Positions 1 to 11,764 of a stretch of DNA of 64,000 bases are shown in pieces. Position numbers and translations under genes: made by a program. Origin of the DNA: an uncultured Planctomycetota bacterium (GTDB lineage Bacteria; Planctomycetota; Planctomycetia; Gemmatales; Gemmataceae); the NCBI GenBank assembly GCA_963849325.1, contig CAWKHF010000004.1, positions 320,001-384,000 of the forward strand, read 5' to 3'. Numbering within the stretch: the stretch's first letter is position 1; the number at the start of each line of letters is the position of its first letter. The notes below the pieces were generated by a model. It made no database searches and had not been told where the DNA came from. It saw only the letters and a program-made list of their open reading frames with translations.

Positions 1-323
1 ATCGGAAAGCGCAGCTGCCTTGAGACTCTGGCCAAGTGGCATAGACGGCAGTTGCCCTCGCGCAAACGGAATGCCCGCAAGCTTTTGGGGGAGTCGGGTG
101 TGTTTGCCCCCCCTCTCCGCCCCGGCAAGGTGACAGACAGACGCAGACGGACGGACAGCAACGACCCCAAACGATTTGCCCACCCGCGACTTCTGGCGGT
201 TCGTCGAATCGCGCGGCTCTTCGGGCCACTGCGAAACGAAAACGCCGGTGAGCGCGTGACACGCCGGTCACGCGGGTGCCTAAGGGGGGATAGGCACGTC
301 TAACCGTGGAAAGGAGTTCGGTC

Positions 324-3300
324 ATGGTCCTCCTCTGTCCGCGTCTGGTCCTCCCGGCACTGCCGGTCTTCCTGGGGCTGGCGCTGTCCGCCGCACCGCT
401 CTCCGCGGCCGCTCCGCCGGCGTCCGCGAGCTGCGCATCCAGCAGGTCGGCGATGTCACCTATTTCCACGTCCAGTTCGCCACGCCGCGAGGGATGACGC
501 CGGGCGGCGAGACGCGCCTGGTGCCGCAGGACGGCCAGGCCAACCACGTCTGCCGGCGCAGCGATGATACGAGCGGCCAGGCCGCTTCTCCTCGGGGTGT
601 CCAGCCCATCGAGACAAAAAGCGACACTCCTCCCGGTCGCCAGCCCTCGCCGGCGCCTCGTCGCCCTGTGCCGGTCGATGGCCTGGAGTTCACCGGCCGT
701 CTGAATGGCAAGGGCGAGATCCCGTTCGTCCTGCTGTACACGATGGAGAATCCGCTGCCACGCCTGGGACTCTTCCGTTCGCAGATATTGCGTGGCCGGC
801 AGCGCCTCAACTGGGTCGAAACGCCCGTCGTGCTCGATTTTCGCAAGGCCGAGAAGGTTGCTCTGCCCGCCGAGGCCAGGGAACGCGCAGACCGAAGCGG
901 GCTAAGAAGAAAGCCGCTCCAATGGCCGGTGCGAGATGACCTCGAAGGATTGTGGGCCGTGGCCCAGAATGACGAGTTTGGCCGACTCCAAGCCGAGGTG
1001 ACGGAGTTCGGTTTCTACGCCTTCGCCATCCGGGCCGGCGCAGCAAGTATCACGTGCCCGTCAACCTTCACTGGAATCGCAGCATTCCTCCTCGCGGCTT
1101 CGCCAGGCCTCCCATTGATGCGCAACTGTACGAAACCACCACCGGAGCGGCCGCCATCGCCGAGTCGCTGCAATTGCAGCGCATGAGCAACGCCAACTTC
1201 CGCGACAACGGCAAGCGCAGCGTCGCCATCGACAAGATCGAGGGCATCGACATCGCCGAGCACCCGTGGGACAAGATGATGGGCGACAAGAAGCCCGCCC
1301 CCGAGCCGATGGCCCGCCTCATCCCCGACGACAACTACTACCTGCATTTCAAGAACATCCGCCAGTTGATCGAGTTCTCCGACCTGCTCGACCATTGGGG
1401 CACGAACCTCATCCGCGCCTACGAGGTCCACAGCCGCGATCACCGCCTCAAGGATCGCTATCAGCAACAACTCTGCCTGCGGAGCACGGAGCTGGGCCGG
1501 AAGTTCGGCCCGCTGGTGCTGCGCGGCGTCGCCGTCACCGGCAGCGACGGCTACCTGCGCGAAGGCTCCGACGTGGCGATCATCTTCCACGTCGCCAACC
1601 GTCCGCTGTTCCTCGGCGCCGTGCAGCCGTTTATCGAGGAGGCGCGCAAGAAGTTCGGCGACCAGCTCAAGGAGAGCAAGGCCGAGGTCAACGGCGTCAC
1701 CATCGAGAGCTTCACGACGCCGCTGCGCGAGGTCAGCCTGTACCGGGCGGTTGTCGAGGAGTACGTCATCTACGCCAACTCGCCGACCGGCCTGCGGCGC
1801 ATCCTCGACACCTACCAGGGCCGGCGCAAGGCGCTGGCCGACGCCCGCGATTTCCAGTACATGCGGACCATCTTCCGCTACGACGACAAGGACGAGGCCG
1901 GCTTCGCCTACCTGTCCGACGCCTTCATCCGTCAGCTGGTCGGCCCGGCCAGCAAGATCAAGGAGAAGCGACGCCTCGAAGCGCTGACGAGCATGTACAT
2001 GCTGACGGAGGGCGCCCTGTACCACGCCTGGCAGTCCGGCAAGCCGCCCGCCGACTATGACGCCCTGCTCGACGCCGCCGGGCTACGGCCGGAGGAGGTC
2101 TATCTGCCCGAGGGCCGGCCGCTGGTCTGGAACGCCGCCGCGACAGGTCGCCGTTTCCGACGTGTACAACACTCTCCACTTCGCCACGCCGTTGATCGAG
2201 CTGCCCATCGAGCAAATCACCGAGGCGGAGGCGCAGGCGTACCGCCAGTTCCGCGCTGCAGTATCTCGGCCTGTGGCGGCAATACTTCGATCCCATCGGT
2301 ATGCGCATCGCCCTCGACGATAAGCAGCGTCCGGCTCGATACCTACATCCTGCCGCTGGTAGCCAACAGTCGTTACAACGAGTTGCGCCGCGTCACCGGC
2401 GACGGCGTGGTTCGCCTGGACCTCGGCAGCATCGCGCCGCAAACGATCGCGCAGTTCATGATGCACCTGTCGCCCAACGTCGGCGACCGCGGCGGCGCAC
2501 TGGGCCTGCTCGGTTCGGGCGGTTCGGCCGGCGATCTCACTTCGCTCGTCGCCTGGGCGCTGGACCCGGTCGGCAAGTGGGTGCTCGTTCGCGCCGACGA
2601 CAGCCCGGTCTACGGTCAGCTGGCCGACCTGCTGGAACGTATCGACGAAGGACAAAATGTCGATGCCGAACGCATTGCTCGTCTGGTATTTCAGATGCCG
2701 GTCATGGTCGGCATGGACGTGAAGAACTCGTTGACGTTCGCCGTCGCCCTCGCTGCCGCGCGGACGAGCGTGATGAAGTCGCTCCCCGGCGCCTTGACCT
2801 GGGAGCCGCTGGAAAAACCCTACAAAGACGTGTCGATCGTGCAGATCAAGGCGACGCCAGCCGGCATGCGGCAGCGTACCGCTTACTCCAGCGAACACCG
2901 GCAAAGACCCGTTCCTGCCCGCCGTGTATTACGCCATGATCGACGGCGCTTTTTACCTCACGTTCAGCGAGCCGATGCTTCGCGACCTCATCGACCGCTC
3001 GCAGGAGAAGCGCGAGGGCGAGTCCCAGACGGTCGAGGTCAATAGCTCGCTGTACGTCTCGCCCGGCGCGGCGCAATTGACGCGCGGACTGGTTCAGAAA
3101 TATCTGGAGAAACAGGTCCACGACCAGGCGCTGGCGAGCGCGCCCGTGTGGTATCCCCTCTACCACAGCGGCCTTCTCGCCGAAGGGACGAGCCGCGCCG
3201 AGGCAAACACTCTGGCCGAGAGATATTTCGGTTTTGTTCCGGTCAGTCCGGACGGCGCCGCTTTCGTCTACGACCGGCGCACGGACGAGGTGCGCAACGA

Positions 3301-3466
3301 GCGGCACGGTTCGCCGGCGCGGCCGAAGACGCACAAGACACTGGCCGAGAACGCCCAAATCAAGCAACTGCTGGAGCAGCTGCGCTCGATCCGGGCCGAT
3401 CTGCGCTTCCGCGAAGACGGTATCCACACGACGCTGACGATCGATCGCAACGTCCCGGAGAAGTAG
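324..3466 (+). CDS. Large exported hypothetical protein, split by several frameshifts
   Basis: RBS (aggag) before ATG 324 and a signal-peptide-like start (VLPALPVFLGLALSAAPLSAA). High-GC3 coding continues through ORFs 494-1186, 1054-3045, 2057-2323 and 2924-3466. Confidence 0.6.
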
Positions 3467-3479
3467 CTTATCCGCTCCC

Positions 3480-3530
3480 AGCCGCTTTCGACTTAGCGCG
3501 GCAGCGGCCAACGCTAAGCCGCAAGCGGCT
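3480..3530. repeat. Palindromic intergenic repeat / bidirectional terminator (GCCGCAAGCGGC family)
   Basis: agccgcttt...ttagcg / cgctaagccgcaagcggct between convergent genes. A related copy lies at ~26385-26421. Confidence 0.6.
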
Positions 3531-3573
3531 GGGGCACCTGCTTTCCCACCTGGAGCAGCCGTCGCGCTGTTGT

Positions 3574-5491
3574 TCAGAACGTCCAACTCCTCGGCCACCG
3601 CTCGCGCCGCCTTGTCCATGATGAAACGATAGCGCTGCGACGGATCCTTGCCCAGCAGATCGACGAATGTCTTGTCCGTTTCCAGGTTCGAGTCGATCTG
3701 CACTTGCAGTAGTGTGCGATTGCGCGGATCGAGTGTCGTCTCGGCGAGCACCTTCGGGTCCATCTCGCCCAACCCTTTGAAGCGCGAGACCTCGGGCTTG
3801 GCGTTGGCGCGCAGGCCGGCGAGGATTTCTTCTTTGTGGGCATCGTCGCGGGCCCAGTAGGTCTCCTTGCCGACGTCGATGCGATACAGCGGCGGCTGGG
3901 CCAGGTAGACGCGGCCCTTGCGGATCAACTCGGTCATGTGCCGGAAGAAGAACGCCAGCATCAGCGTCGTGATGTGATGGCCGTCCGCGTCGGCGTCCAT
4001 GAGGAGGATGATCTTGCCGTAACGTAGACCGTTGAGGTCGAATTTGTCGCCGGCGCCGGTGCCGATCGCCGAGACGAGATCGTTCAACTCTACATTGGAC
4101 AGCACCTTGCTGAGCGGCAGCCCTTCGGAATTGAGGACCTTGCCGCGCAGCGGCAGCACTGCCTGCGTCTTGTTGTTGCGCCCCTGTTTGGTCGAACCGC
4201 CGGCGCTGTCTCCTTCCACAATAAAGATCTCTGATTCGTCCAGGCTAGTCGATTTGCAGTCGGCGAGCTTGCCGGGCAGGTTGAGGCGGCGCTGCGTGAC
4301 CGACTTGCGCTTGACCTCGCTGGCTGCCTCGCGTGAGGCGAGGCGAGCTTTGGCGGCGAGCACGATACGACCGACGATCTGGTCGGCGGCGGTCTTGTTG
4401 GCGTTCAGCCACGATTCCAGGGCCGGCCGCACCCAACCGTCCACGGTCGCCGTCATCTCCGGGTTGTTCAGCTTCTCCTTGGTCTGTCCCTGGAACATCG
4501 GCTCGCGCACGAACACCGACAGGATGGCGACGATGCCCTCGCGGATGTCCTCGGCCGTGATGGTCAAGCCCTTGACCTTGACCTCGTGCGTCTCCATGTA
4601 ATTGCGGATGGCCTTGGCGATGCCGCCCTTCAGTCCGTTCTCGTGGGTGCCTCCCGCCGACGTGCGGATGCCGTTGACGTAGGAGCGGATGGCCTCGTCG
4701 GTGGACTCGGTCCACTGCAAGGCCACCTCCATTTTTTCGCCGTTGTTGCGCGCCAGCGTGAAAGGCGTTTCCGTCACCGGCGGCTTCTGTCCCTCGACCA
4801 CGAGACGCTGCAAGAACTCCGGGATGCCGCCGGGATGCGTCAGATCATACGTCTCCTTGGCAATCTCATCCTTGAAGGTGATCTTCAGACCGCTGTGGAT
4901 GTACGACATGCTTTCCAGATGTTCGCGGATCCACTTGGGATCGAGCTGCGTTGTCTTGAAGATGTCGGCGTCCGGCTCGAAGTAGATCGTCGTACCGTGG
5001 CCGCGGAAGGGGCCGACCTTCTCCAACTCGCCGGCCGGTTTGCCGCGCCGGAACGTCTGCCGCCACTCGAAGCCGTCGCGGTGGATGGTAGCAATCAATT
5101 TGCGGGACAGGGCGTTGACGACCGACGAACCGACGCCGTGCAGGCCGCCGGAGTGGAGGTAGCTATCGCCATCGCCGAACTTGGCGCCGGAGTGCAGCGT
5201 CGTCAGGATCAACTCCAGGGCCGGCCTCTTGTGCTTGGGGTGCAAATCGACCGGGATGCCGCGGCCGTTGTCGCTGACGGTCACGGCGTCGCCGGACTTG
5301 TGCAGCGTCACCGTAACGGCGTCGGCGTGGCCGTTGAGGTATTCATCGACGGCGTTATCGACGATCTCCCAAACGAGATGGTGCAACCCCTTGGCGTCCA
5401 CGCCGCCGATGTACATCGACGGCCGCTTGCGCACGGGTTCCAACCCTTCGAGAACCCCAATGTCCTTGGCGGTGTAAGTGGTAGCGCTCAT
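3574..5491 (-). CDS. parE: Type IIA topoisomerase subunit B (topo IV ParE-like / second GyrB paralog)
   Basis: Motifs LEPVRKRPSMYIG, EIVDNAVDE, DNGRGIP, SGGLHGVGSSVVNALS, EGDSAGGS, PLRGKVLN, DADADG, RFKGLGEM. Recognisable sequence ends at EELDV. A TGA one base out of frame at 3574-3576 suggests the extension to 2846 is an indel artefact. Confidence 0.88.
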
Positions 5492-5555
5492 CAGCAAACC
5501 CATAAAACAGAGATCCGTAATCCCCTTCGGCCCAGCGTCCTCGTGAGAGGAAACT

Positions 5556-5805
5556 CACTGCTCATATCGCTTCGATAGGATCGCCCCATTGGTGGAATCG
5601 ATCAGATAATGGGGAGCCCCCCATTCCAGAGAGGGTTCTTCAAATCGTAATCGACGTGCCAACCATCATCCTCAAGAACCAGCGTGACGCGATACGACGT
5701 GAGATCGCCATACGCTTTTTCCGCATCCAATCGAGCAATGTGAAGGGCCTGATCCGAACTGATTGCCGTTCGCTTCGGAAGTTGTGCCGATGTTGTGGGA
5801 GTCAT
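5556..5805 (-). CDS. Small protein, possible PepSY/NTF2-fold immunity-like (frameshift in a G-run)
   Basis: ORF 5602-5805 (ISSDQALHIARLDAEKAYG...WHVDY). Shifting frame in the G-run near 5620 gives GAPHYLIDSTNGAILSKRYEQ*. Confidence 0.6.
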
Positions 5806-5887
5806 TTGCTTGTACCCTGTTTCAGCATACGAATCGTTTGAAGTTCACCCTCATCCAATGAGTTTTGCCTTAGATGCTCTCTCTTTT

Positions 5888-5948
5888 TGGTGAGCCGAGA
5901 CCGTGAGGGAGCGGTCCTGTCCCGCTCCCTCACGGTCTCGGCTCACCA
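5888..5948. repeat. Long perfect hairpin (REP-like)
   Basis: tggtgagccgagaccgtgagggagcgg / ccgctccctcacggtctcggctcacca. Confidence 0.8.
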
Positions 5949-5960
5949 GGGGGTTAGCTC

Positions 5961-6398
5961 TTATGGTGGAAACCCCGGCCCGCCCACCAATCCTCCTCGC
6001 CTCGTCCTTGGGCCAGACAGGTGGATGCCATCATCCGCCTGAATCAGATCCGGGACGCCATGAAGATCGTCTACACGTCGATCGGCGGCGCTAGGCCTTG
6101 AATTCCAACCCTCCGCGCTGGGATGAGGATGTGTATGAAACTTGCCGACCACAATCGATCCCGGCACGAGAGGAGGGGCGCTGAGATCAATAGCAGCAGA
6201 AAGGCCTCGCACCGCACGCCGAACGGTGAGGTCACCCGTGGACAGGTCCATGTAAATCCATCCACCTTCTTCATGACGCTGCGAAGGATCGTTTGCCTGA
6301 GAATCAATCCATGCTTGGGCCATTGCCCGGGTGACGACGGCAGCATATAGCAACTCCGCTGCCGTGGGCGGCTGCCTGGGTAGATTAGGGGCGGCCAT
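5961..6398 (-). CDS. JAB/MPN+ family metalloprotein (toxin-like)
   Basis: HEEGGWIY ... VVGKFHTHP ... PSAAD matches the JAMM E...HxH...SxxD signature. Confidence 0.7.
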   Translation of the reverse strand: MAAPNLPRQPPTAAELLYAAVVTRAMAQAWIDSQANDPSQRHEEGGWIYMDLSTGDLTVRRAVRGLSAAIDLSAPPLVPGSIVVGKFHTHPHPSAEGWNSRPSAADRRVDDLHGVPDLIQADDGIHLSGPRTRRGGLVGGPGFPP

Positions 6399-6480
6399 GC
6401 CACTCTCTCAATCAAACATCCTTCTCTCTCTTCGTTCCTCGCCAACCGTGCCGTCGAATGACGACATCCCCCGGTGTATC

Positions 6481-6714
6481 TCACCGAGACTCATGACTCG
6501 GCGTTTCATCCTCCAGGGTGTAAATGTCTTCTCTCGGATCACTCCAATCCTCAGCCCAGGAATGATTGATCAGGGCTTGCCAATCGCCCTCCTCATCCTC
6601 CTCGGTTGCCGGCCGCACCGTGATCTTTACTGGACCGGGCTGCACTTCGGGCGGCAACTCGACATGGAGCCGATGTTGCTCGTCAATGTGTCCAATCAAC
6701 TCAACGGGCTTCAT
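6481..6714 (-). CDS. Small acidic antitoxin-like protein
   Basis: MKPVELIGHIDEQHRLHVELP...DWSDPREDIY, with RBS gaggga/ggagga just after the parC stop. It overlaps a short downstream ATG ORF. Confidence 0.6.
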   Translation of the reverse strand: MKPVELIGHIDEQHRLHVELPPEVQPGPVKITVRPATEEDEEGDWQALINHSWAEDWSDPREDIYTLEDETPSHESR

Positions 6715-6728
6715 AATTGATTCCTCCC

Positions 6729-9122
6729 TCACTCGAACAGCGATTTCTGATCCCCGTTCGTCTCCGTCTTGCCGTTGCGCTCCCCGGCGCGGCCCTCGAC
6801 CTGGTCCCAATCGACCAACTCGATCGGCGGCGGCACGACGCGGACGAACGAGGTGCGTTTGACTGCCTCGAAGCCCTTGCCCCCGCGGCTGGCCATTTCG
6901 CGGCTACCGTAAAACTCCATCTGCTTGCCGCCGCTGGTCTCGATGACGAGCGCATCATTCTGATTGCGCACCAGGGCGCCGCCCAGGCACGTATCGCCTT
7001 GGCCCAGCTTGATGCCGATGACGCCTTTGCCCACGCCGGAGAGGACGTTGATCTCCTCGATCGGGAAATGCAACACGTGTCCCTTCGCCGAGGCCAAAAA
7101 GAGACTTCGCTGCTCCGGTTTGAGCACCGTCGCCATCACGACCTTGTCGCCCTCGGCCAGGCGAACGTAGCGACGGCCGACCTTCGTGGACGCGGTGCGG
7201 AACGGCGCCAGCGGCGTGCGCAGCACCTGTCCCTGCGCCGTCGCCACCAGCAGATAGGGACCGGCCGGTTCGCCGTTGGCGGGAGGCTGATCCATCGGCG
7301 TGAAACGCTCATCTGTCGTCACGGCGGCGACGATACGCACCTGATCGGCCAGACGGAAAAACTTGACGATCGGCTCACCGTAGCCGGACGAAGCGGGAAC
7401 CTCGCTGATCCGCATGGTGTACGACGTGCCGTCATCGGCAAAGAAGATGACGTAGTCGAGCGTGCTGCCCGGCACGACGGCCAGTACTTCATCTCCTTCG
7501 CGGACGCGCGTTCCCTCCACCGACGCCAACCGGCCGACGCGCTTGATCCAGCCGTCGCGCGTCAGCACCACGTTGGTGTTCTCGCGGACGATGTACGCCT
7601 CGGGATCGAACTCCGGCGCGTCCTCCGCCGATCCCATGCGCGTCCGCCGGCGGTCCTTCGCTCCGTACTTCTCTCCCAACTCGTTCAGTTCGTCCTTGAT
7701 GACACCCCACAGTTTCTTCTCGGAGCGCAGGATGCCCTCGATCTTCTCCGCCTGCGCCGTCTTCTCCTTCAGTTCGTCGAGGATCTTTTTAATCTCCAGT
7801 TGCGCGATCTTGTACAGCTGCACGTCGAGGATGGCGGCGGTCTGCTCCTCATCGAGCTTGAACGCCGCGATCAGGCGCTCGGCGGCGTCGGCCTTGCCGT
7901 CACTGTCGCGGATGATCTTGATGGCCCGGTCCAGGGCGTTGAAGATAATGCGGAAGCCTTCGAGGAGGTGGATGCGCCGCCGCAGTTGCTCCAGTTCGTA
8001 CTCGAAACGCCGGCGAACGGTCGCCAGGCGGAAATCGAGGAAGTAACGCAGGATGGCCTTCAAGCCGAGCCGCTCCGGCCGCGTCCTCTCCTTGCCCTCC
8101 GCGTCCGCCACCGGCACCAAGCACGTCATGTTGTAGGCGAAATTGTCCTGCAATGCCGTGTGCTTGTACAGGTAGGCCATCACCAGGTTCGGATCGGTCC
8201 CCGGCTTCATCTCCAGGGCGATGCGGATGCCTTCTTTTTCGTTCGACTCGTTGACGAGATTGAGCAGATGCGGCAGCTTGCGCGTGGCGATGATCTCGCC
8301 GATGTCGGACTCCAGCTTGCCCTTGTCCACGCCGTAGGGAATCGAGGTGATGACGATTTGAGCGCGCTTGCCGGACTCCTCGACCTTCCACTCGCCCTGG
8401 ACCTTGATGCTGCCGCTGCCTTCCTCGTAAATCTTGCGCAGCGCGGCGCGATCGGTGACGACCTTGCCGCCGAGCGGGAAGTCCGGCCCCTTGATCTTGT
8501 CGAGCAATTGGGCCGTCGTCGCCTCCGGGTTTTCGATGAGGAAGATCGCCCCCTTGATGACCTCGCCGAGGTTGTGCGGCGGCATGTTCGTCGCCAGGCC
8601 GACCGCGATGCCGGAGGTGCCGTTGACCAGCAAGTGCGGCAGCTGCGCCGGCAGCACGACCGGCTCCTCGCGCGTGTTGTCGTAGTTGGGCCGCATCGCC
8701 ACGGTGCGCTGCCGCAGTTCGACGAGCAGCGCCTCCGACACGGCCGCCAGCTTGGCCTCGGTGTAGCGATCCGCGGCGGGCGGATCGCCGTCCACCGAGC
8801 CGAAGTTGCCCTGACCGTGAACCAGCGGAGCACGCATGACGAAGTTCTGCGCCATGCGCACCAGCGCTTCGTAAGCGGCCGCTCCGCCGTGCGGGTGATA
8901 ATTGCCCGTCACGTCGCCGACGATCTTGGCGCACTTGCGCGGCCGGCCGTCGAAGGTCAGGTGCAGGTCGTGATACATCGTGTAGAGGATGCGGCGCTGC
9001 ACCGGCTTGAGACCGTCGCGCACGTCCGGCAGGGCGCGCGACATGATGACCGACATGGCGTAGTTGAGATAACGCTCCTCGGTCTCCACGCGCAGGGCAA
9101 CCGGCTCGATGGTTTCCGCCAT
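6729..9122 (-). CDS. parC: Type IIA topoisomerase subunit A (topo IV ParC-like / second GyrA paralog)
   Basis: [32 protein letters not shown], catalytic [13 protein letters not shown] and a beta-pinwheel CTD. No canonical GyrA-box in the first blade. Confidence 0.88.
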   Translation of the reverse strand: MAETIEPVALRVETEERYLNYAMSVIMSRALPDVRDGLKPVQRRILYTMYHDLHLTFDGRPRKCAKIVGDVTGNYHPHGGAAAYEALVRMAQNFVMRAPLVHGQGNFGSVDGDPPAADRYTEAKLAAVSEALLVELRQRTVAMRPNYDNTREEPVVLPAQLPHLLVNGTSGIAVGLATNMPPHNLGEVIKGAIFLIENPEATTAQLLDKIKGPDFPLGGKVVTDRAALRKIYEEGSGSIKVQGEWKVEESGKRAQIVITSIPYGVDKGKLESDIGEIIATRKLPHLLNLVNESNEKEGIRIALEMKPGTDPNLVMAYLYKHTALQDNFAYNMTCLVPVADAEGKERTRPERLGLKAILRYFLDFRLATVRRRFEYELEQLRRRIHLLEGFRIIFNALDRAIKIIRDSDGKADAAERLIAAFKLDEEQTAAILDVQLYKIAQLEIKKILDELKEKTAQAEKIEGILRSEKKLWGVIKDELNELGEKYGAKDRRRTRMGSAEDAPEFDPEAYIVRENTNVVLTRDGWIKRVGRLASVEGTRVREGDEVLAVVPGSTLDYVIFFADDGTSYTMRISEVPASSGYGEPIVKFFRLADQVRIVAAVTTDERFTPMDQPPANGEPAGPYLLVATAQGQVLRTPLAPFRTASTKVGRRYVRLAEGDKVVMATVLKPEQRSLFLASAKGHVLHFPIEEINVLSGVGKGVIGIKLGQGDTCLGGALVRNQNDALVIETSGGKQMEFYGSREMASRGGKGFEAVKRTSFVRVVPPPIELVDWDQVEGRAGERNGKTETNGDQKSLFE

Positions 9123-9330
9123 GAAACTACCTCAGAAACAGAACAAACGATCATTTCTCCCAGAATTGTAGCAGCGCCGCAATCCCAAACCCAGGTCAGT
9201 TCTCCGCCAGGACATTAAACATAAGTATAGCATAAATAGATACTTACGAACGAGAAGCCGTCCCGGCACCCGGGAAATACTATTCATCCATTCAGTATAT
9301 CGTCGGAACGCGACAACGTCGGCAAAGAAT

Positions 9331-9384
9331 CCGAGCCTGAAGCGTAAGCGAAGAGAATGCTCTTCGCTTACGCTTCAGGCTCGG
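9331..9384. repeat. Perfect palindromic repeat / terminator
   Basis: ccgagcctgaagcgtaagcgaagag-aatg-ctcttcgcttacgcttcaggctcgg. Confidence 0.8.
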
Positions 9385-9417
9385 AAAGATTCTCCCTGGC
9401 CCCTTGCATGATACGGA

Positions 9418-10326
9418 TCATTTTCTCGGCGGCGGATACGCCTTGGCGATGTCGGTCAGCATTTGCTCGTAATCGGGCGAGACATCCTCGAAGCTGGTGA
9501 TACGGCACATCTGCAATGTCTGCCGTCCCTGGCGACTGGCCTTGGCGGCCAGCAGGCCGGCGCGGAAACGCTCGACCAACTCCTCGCCGATCTTTCCCGG
9601 ATAGTAGCCAATGACCGCGCAGGGGAATGCCTCCGACTGCTGCAACACCCGGACCTTGGCGAAATACTCCGGGTAGCGCGTCCGGTAGGCGGTCAGTTCC
9701 GTGTCGTCGATTACCGCGGCTTGCGCCGACCCGTCGATCACGTCATCGATGGCGTAACAGGCATCGCGCGGTGTGGAGACGCGACCGAAAAAGTTCTCCG
9801 GCGTGGTTCCGGGAAGAACACAGCGGCGCTGGAGATAGAGCCAGCAGTGCTCCCGGCTCATGTACGGCAGGGCGACGACCTGCCCTTTGAGGTCGGCGAG
9901 GCCGCGGACCTTGCCGTCGTTCCGGACTACCAGGTGAGCGCGGAGGAAAGGTTGCTGATTGACCGCCAGCAGCAGCGGTTTCAACTGCGGGACCTGGCGG
10001 CGCGCCCAGGCGAACTCCACGCCGTGGAAGACGCCGAGGTGAACGTCTCCTTCCTGGAGCCGCTGAGCGAGGTGGTTGGCGTCTCCGCCCGCCACCAGCT
10101 GGCCGGTCATCCCGGTCTGCGCCTCCAGCAGCGCCCGAAACGGCCGCATGATGACCTGCATGAGCGGCTCGGACGTATCGCGGAACAGGCTGGAGACCAG
10201 GCCGATGCGCACGGGTTGGGGCGTCTCGTCCGCCGCCCGCCCGCTCGATGCCGTCAGGCCCAGGACCAGTCCCAGCCCCGCGACGAGCCATCCCCGTTTG
10301 TTCCTCTGGCCGTAACTCATGCTCAT
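9418..10326 (-). CDS. PhnD/SsuA-family substrate-binding protein
   Basis: Signal peptide, VRIGLV, LADLKGQVVA, VIDGSAQAAVID, SEAFP. Confidence 0.75.
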   Translation of the reverse strand: MSMSYGQRNKRGWLVAGLGLVLGLTASSGRAADETPQPVRIGLVSSLFRDTSEPLMQVIMRPFRALLEAQTGMTGQLVAGGDANHLAQRLQEGDVHLGVFHGVEFAWARRQVPQLKPLLLAVNQQPFLRAHLVVRNDGKVRGLADLKGQVVALPYMSREHCWLYLQRRCVLPGTTPENFFGRVSTPRDACYAIDDVIDGSAQAAVIDDTELTAYRTRYPEYFAKVRVLQQSEAFPCAVIGYYPGKIGEELVERFRAGLLAAKASRQGRQTLQMCRITSFEDVSPDYEQMLTDIAKAYPPPRK

Positions 10327-10424
10327 TCCCTCCCCTGTCGGTTGGCGTGGAATCCTGTTCAATCCGGTGTCTGTCCGTTCCGCCCCGGAACCTCATCGCG
10401 GTACCGAGACGCTGCGCCCTGGGA

Positions 10425-11764
10425 TCATTCCTTTTTCATCGGCTCGCCCGGAAGGTCGAGCAATCCCTCTTCACAAGCTGGGGCCGCGTCGAAATCCACG
10501 GCGAACCCGCCCGCTGTCGCTCGTTCCAGGGCCACCAGGGCCAACAGAGACTGGTAGTGGGCCTCCTTCCAGTCCAGCTGCAAGCGCGACGTGACGAGAC
10601 CGGCGTTGATGACCTCATCGATGTTGGGATAGGCGGGCGTCTTGGGATTGAAGCTAGCCTTGACCTTCTCGGAGAACAGCACCGATTGCCGATACGCTAA
10701 CTCCAGATAAACCGCTCGCTGCGCTCGGTCCAGCCAGCGGCGATACAGGTCTTCCACCTCCAGCGCGATCAGGTTGCGCGTCTTGACGACGGCGATCTCG
10801 GCGCGCTCGAAGTAATCGTGGGCCAACTGGACGCGAGCGGCGCGCGAACCGTTGAGCGTGGTCGGCATGTCCGGGCCGATGGGCGCGGGCCGATACTCCA
10901 GTCCCTCGACGGTGCCGGTTGGGATGGGGTTGGCGTGGAGGTCCGAACCGGAAGCGAAGGTCCGCAAGCTGGGCCGGCAACTCGTGTTCTGCGCCTCGAT
11001 CTCCAGACAAATGACCTGGGCCAGCGTGTTGACCTGGACCAACTCGGCGCGGCGAGCCAGGGCCAGGGCCGTCAACTCCTCCAGCTTGGGATCGACGCGC
11101 GGACACGGCAGGTTGCGATCGGGCAGTTCGAGGACGAAATCCGGCCCGACGCCCATCGCCTCGCGCAGGGCAGCCCGGGCGCGCTGGTAGCCCTGATCCG
11201 CTTCCTGCACGCGGCCGGTGACCGTGTGCAGGAAGGATTTCACCAGGTTCAGGTGTTCCTCCAGGACGACATCGCGCCGCTGCTTCCCCTTGGACACCTC
11301 CGTGACCAAGGTCGCAAGGTCGCCCAGTCGGGGCCGAATTTGCTCGTTGACGAGGCGGACCTGCTCGGCCGCATTCAGGGCGGCCAAGTACGTATAGGTG
11401 ACGCCGTAAACGGTATCCACCTCCGCCCGGGCGACGCCGGCCTGGGCGATGATCACGCCCAGGCTGGCTTGCTTGCGACGGACGGGCAACTCGCGGCCCA
11501 GCAAGGGGGGGCGCGTAGATCCTGCACGGCCTTGACACGGTCGAGCGACGTCTTCAAGGTGGCCTGGGCCGCGGCGATGGATGGCTGATTTTGCAGGGCG
11601 ATTGCTCGGCACGCCTGGATCGACAGGGTCGGCTTGTTCGGCGAATCGGTCTTGGCGGGCGGGGCGTCCGCGTAGCCGCGGAGCGCCAGACACAGCAGAA
11701 CGGTCACGACGCCGGCCGCGACGACCGGCCCGGCGCTTCGCCGGTGCAATCGACAACTAGTCAT
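10425..11764 (-). CDS. TolC-family outer membrane protein (frameshifted near 11510)
   Basis: Signal peptide, TLSIQACRAIALQNQPSIAAAQA, LEELTALALARRAEL, C-terminal ALVALERATAG. Confidence 0.75.

Noticed and set aside
2846-3573. Apparent 240-aa C-terminal extension of ParE
   Set aside because: It is antisense to a real gene and crosses a terminator-like repeat. A one-base indel at ~3577 restores a normal stop.
6717-9218. Long antisense ORFs (e.g. 6717-9218, 48313-50310, 60054-62729, 56184-57461)
   Set aside because: They are shadow ORFs caused by high-GC codon bias opposite well-supported genes.
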